A DNA stretch of 41,599 nucleotides, taken from Negativicutes bacterium (GTDB lineage: Bacteria; Bacillota; Negativicutes; UBA1444). The notes under the pieces were generated by a model, which saw only the letters and a list, made by a program, of their open reading frames with translations, was not told where the DNA came from and ran no database searches. Below, piece by piece: positions 38,877 to 41,599 of this stretch. Each line of letters starts with the position of its first letter. Position 1 is the stretch's first letter. The position numbers were made by a program, and so were the translations under genes. The stretch covers positions 1 through 41,599 of the forward strand of contig CAXXIN010000010.1 of assembly GCA_963665275.2 (NCBI GenBank), read 5' to 3'.

Positions 38877-38966
38877 ATGATTATATTGGGTATAGCTTTG
38901 CCGGCGTTCATTGCCGGGGAGATACTGGCTGACCTGATGGTCTGGTTTTTATATTTATGGGAATAA
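38877..38966 (+). CDS. Possible 29-aa hydrophobic peptide
   Basis: MIILGIALPAFIAGEILADLMVWFLYLWE. Weak RBS, and in frame with the upstream ORF past its TAG. Confidence 0.3.
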   Translation: MIILGIALPAFIAGEILADLMVWFLYLWE

Positions 38967-39000
38967 AAAACCGCATAGAGGCGGCTGAAAGGAAGTATCA

Positions 39001-39315
39001 ATGAACGCTATTGATAGTCTAATACGGCAGGCAATTGCAGGAAGACACCCCATAGAATTCGCTTATGATAACAAAAAGCGCGTTGCTAATCCTTATATTT
39101 ATGGTAAAAGCAAACTTAAAAACCTAACGATAAGTGCCTATCAAACTGGTGGAGAAAGCTCTAAGAAACTTCCTGGTTGGCGCCCGTTTCTCTTAGACAA
39201 AATGCTAAATCTTAAGGTTCTTAATGATCGGACATTCGTCCCCACTGACCCAAGCTATAATCCCGATGATAAGTTCTTTTTAGAAGTCATTGCAAAAGTT
39301 AAACAGCTACCTTGA
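39001..39315 (+). CDS. Stand-alone WYL-domain protein
   Basis: AI...IEFAY...RVANPY...AYQ...GWRPFLLDKM. AAAGGA RBS. No HTH or WCX domain. Confidence 0.75.
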   Translation: MNAIDSLIRQAIAGRHPIEFAYDNKKRVANPYIYGKSKLKNLTISAYQTGGESSKKLPGWRPFLLDKMLNLKVLNDRTFVPTDPSYNPDDKFFLEVIAKVKQLP

Positions 39316-39334
39316 CATTGATCGTCGGCAAAAT

Positions 39335-39356
39335 AAAAAAGCCGCCCGAAGGCGGC
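39335..39356 (-). terminator. Terminator of the 314-aa gene
   Basis: GCCGCC-CGAA-GGCGGC preceded by A6. Confidence 0.75.
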
Positions 39357-39365
39357 AGGAGTTCA

Positions 39366-40310
39366 TCAGTTATCTTCTGGAGTTATGAGCGGGATCTGGT
39401 CCGGCTTTTTATGATGCTCAATTACTTCAAGGATTTCATAGTCAGTTTTTATTCCTTTTTCCGTAAGTTCCTGCGTTGTTTTAAGACGCACTTCGAGGGT
39501 ATCGCCTTTGCCAAACAGGTGCTCGCGATTTTCTATTTCTGACAAAAATTCTTGGTCACGGATAGATGCAAATATCTTTGTTTCCCCATCATCTAACCGC
39601 CACTTCAATTGATCTTCAAATGATACGCCAATGATCTTAAATACGGCATTGCGCTCTGACTCCCACTTCTTAGGAGCGGCCTCTTGGACTGCAGTTGGGG
39701 CCCGGAAAAACTCTTTTTCATCTTTAGTGACAATTGTCACATCTTTTACATGATCATCTACCGAGCGAACTTTAAATGCATCGATTCCGGGTTGATCAAG
39801 AGGCCGGAGGGTTTCTTCAAGTTTTTTGCGGACTGTTGCGCTACGGTATAGCTTTATAACATTGGGCTGCACTTCGATGGTTTCTATTCCAGCAGCGTCC
39901 TGAATTTCTAATCTGGTATTTCCGTTATCAATAATAAGCGCGTTTGTGATTTTACGCCCTCTTATTTTTTTAATCAAAGGTATAAGACCCATTCCAGCCA
40001 CACCGCAAATATCAGCTACCAGGCCAAGATGTTCTCCCAGTTTTGTTACGTCAAAGAGTGATCCGCTAAATAGCCGGATCTGATCAGATAGGCTACCAAT
40101 AAGTTCAAGACCAACATCGAATGATCCTTTTTGAAAATCAGAGCGGACCTTAACCTTTACCTTAAGATCATCGCCATTAATTACGCGATTGCCTTCTTCA
40201 ATCATTTCTCCGAATGACAATAGCGCCGGAGCTAATTGTTTAATATCCATCATGCCAATTTCAACATCCGGTCCGCCATAGGCAATTCTGATACTTAGCT
40301 TTGTATTCAA
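39366..40310 (-). CDS. Uncharacterised 314-aa prophage accessory protein
   Basis: Intact ORF with GGAGGG RBS and its own terminator. N-terminal YGGP...MDIKQLAPALL...GSF and C-terminal OB-like WRLDDG...FGKGD. Confidence 0.8.
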   Translation of the reverse strand: MNTKLSIRIAYGGPDVEIGMMDIKQLAPALLSFGEMIEEGNRVINGDDLKVKVKVRSDFQKGSFDVGLELIGSLSDQIRLFSGSLFDVTKLGEHLGLVADICGVAGMGLIPLIKKIRGRKITNALIIDNGNTRLEIQDAAGIETIEVQPNVIKLYRSATVRKKLEETLRPLDQPGIDAFKVRSVDDHVKDVTIVTKDEKEFFRAPTAVQEAAPKKWESERNAVFKIIGVSFEDQLKWRLDDGETKIFASIRDQEFLSEIENREHLFGKGDTLEVRLKTTQELTEKGIKTDYEILEVIEHHKKPDQIPLITPEDN

Positions 40311-40425
40311 ATAATCACCCTCCTGCTTCCCTGCCTATATAATATTATGTTCGCTCCAATCCGTCCACATAAATCTTGCATAGCTGCTTGTTAGTTCCTA
40401 TACGATTAATCAGGAGGTAGCAACC

Positions 40426-41599
40426 GTGGCTGGACGTCGCGCCAATAACGAAGGGTCAATATTTCAGCGCAAGTCTGACTTGCGCTGGGTCGTGTAGATC
40501 ACCATTAACGGCGAACCCAAACCATTCTATCGGAAAACACAAGATGAAGCCGTTGAACTGCTCAAGGAGTTCCACCGGCAGCAGATCATTGGAATGAATA
40601 TATCTGCTAGTGATGAACCTTTTGAATCGTACGCTGGGCGCTGGATGCATTCGACGGTTAAAGGAACGATCCATCAAAACACATGGGAAGATTATGCCGC
40701 GCTCCTCAAAAATCATATCCTGCCTGTATTGGGGCAAAAATCAATCGGCAGCATTCAGACCGCCGATGTGCAGGGTCTATATGATTCGATGAACACCGCC
40801 GGAAAAAGCAGCGAGATTATCCGCAAGACGAATGTCGTTGTAGGTATGTTGTTTCGGTCTATGCTTCCCGATCGCCTCGTCGATCTCGGTCCAAAGCAAG
40901 GCACCAAGCGGCCTCGTCTCGTTAAAGCAAAAAACGCCTATTCACCGACGATCAGGAGAAAGCATTCTTCGAAATCGTTTCAAAGTCAAAAAGCCAATTC
41001 GTTGATGTATTGAAAGTCTATTTCGAGCTGGGCGGCAGAATTTCAGAAGTTCTTGGTCTGAAATGGTCTGCGGTGTTTTCCGATCATGTTATGGTTGAAA
41101 ATGCTTTAATATCAGTAATTGGTGGAATGCGTGATTCAGACACCAAAACAGCGAGCAGCCGGCGGAAGGTGTATCTTGCCACTGAATGTATGGCTGTAAT
41201 AAACAAGCAGCCTAGGCGAGAATTGCTCGATGACAAAGGCAACCCTAAAACAGACAACAACGGAATTACGCTCATGAGCGATTATGTATTTTGCACGAAA
41301 AACAGAAAACCACATTCTGACAGGAACTGGCGGCGGCAGTGGGACCAGTGGCTGGTTCGAGCGCTTGGTGCAGTTCCTTTCACCGAAGAGGAAGAAAAGG
41401 ATCCTCCCAGGTACCGAAAGCCTCTGATCAAAATAACCCCGCACTCGCTGCGCCATTCTCAAGCCGTACACCTGTTTCAGGCGGGATGGACCGTGGCCGA
41501 CGTGCAGATTCGAGGCGGGTGGAGCAGCCCACGAGTCCTGCAAGAAATTTATGCCAGTCACTCCGCAGAGGATAGGCAACGAGCCATGGCCCAATCAGT
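40426..41599 (+). pseudogene. int: Phage tyrosine integrase (in-frame TAG at 40495, homopolymer frameshift near 40930, 3' end just off the window)
   Basis: AGGAGG RBS and arm-binding RRANNEGSIFQRK..W. Catalytic motifs GGRISE, TKT, HSLRH, GGWS and IYASH are all present. Confidence 0.88.

Larger units (their letters stand above)
35915..41599. mobile_element. Cryptic, internally deleted prophage integrated at tRNA-Thr(CGT)
   Basis: tRNA 3' duplicate at the left end, tyrosine integrase at the right end, endolysin remnant, phage-type small genes and visibly higher AT content. Confidence 0.85.

Noticed and set aside
38877-38985. Type I toxin-antitoxin locus around the 29-aa hydrophobic ORF
   Set aside because: No good RBS and no charged tail. 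The adjacent minus-strand hairpin would stop an antisense RNA before it overlapped the ORF.
40925-40940. Programmed frameshift in the integrase A6 run
   Set aside because: It matches the one-base homopolymer deletion pattern seen in host genes, so sequencing error is more parsimonious.
1-41599. CRISPR array, IS element or other repeat array
   Set aside because: I found no regularly spaced direct repeats, cas genes or transposase motifs by eye. The repeats at 32.8-33.5 kb are protein-level TPRs.

Overview
Chromosomal segment of an anaerobic Firmicute. The gene repertoire and sigma-A/sigma-H promoters suggest Negativicutes/Sporomusaceae, but this is inference. Bases 1-35.9 kb are host genes: a BMP-type nucleoside ABC transporter, four c-di-GMP enzymes, NamZ, PatB, YfbR, a DeoR-kduI-FeADH-kduD operon, a TetR-controlled acyl-CoA ligase/KAS III-like/MFS/flavoprotein operon, a D-amino-acid catabolic cluster, a GH73 hydrolase, a BASS transporter, a RACo corrinoid activator and a TPR protein. 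At 35915-35961 the 3' half of tRNA-Thr(CGT) marks an att site. From there to the window end lies a roughly 6 kb, more AT-rich cryptic prophage. Its core appears deleted at about 37840, where a start-less GH73 endolysin tail abuts a start-less HNH tail. It retains a GrlR-like moron, a possible new-topology spanin, a stand-alone WYL protein, an uncharacterised 314-aa protein and a tyrosine integrase with one in-frame TAG. About ten genes have single-base frameshifts, several in homopolymers, which most likely reflect long-read assembly error rather than biology. All calls come from manual motif recognition; no database search was run.
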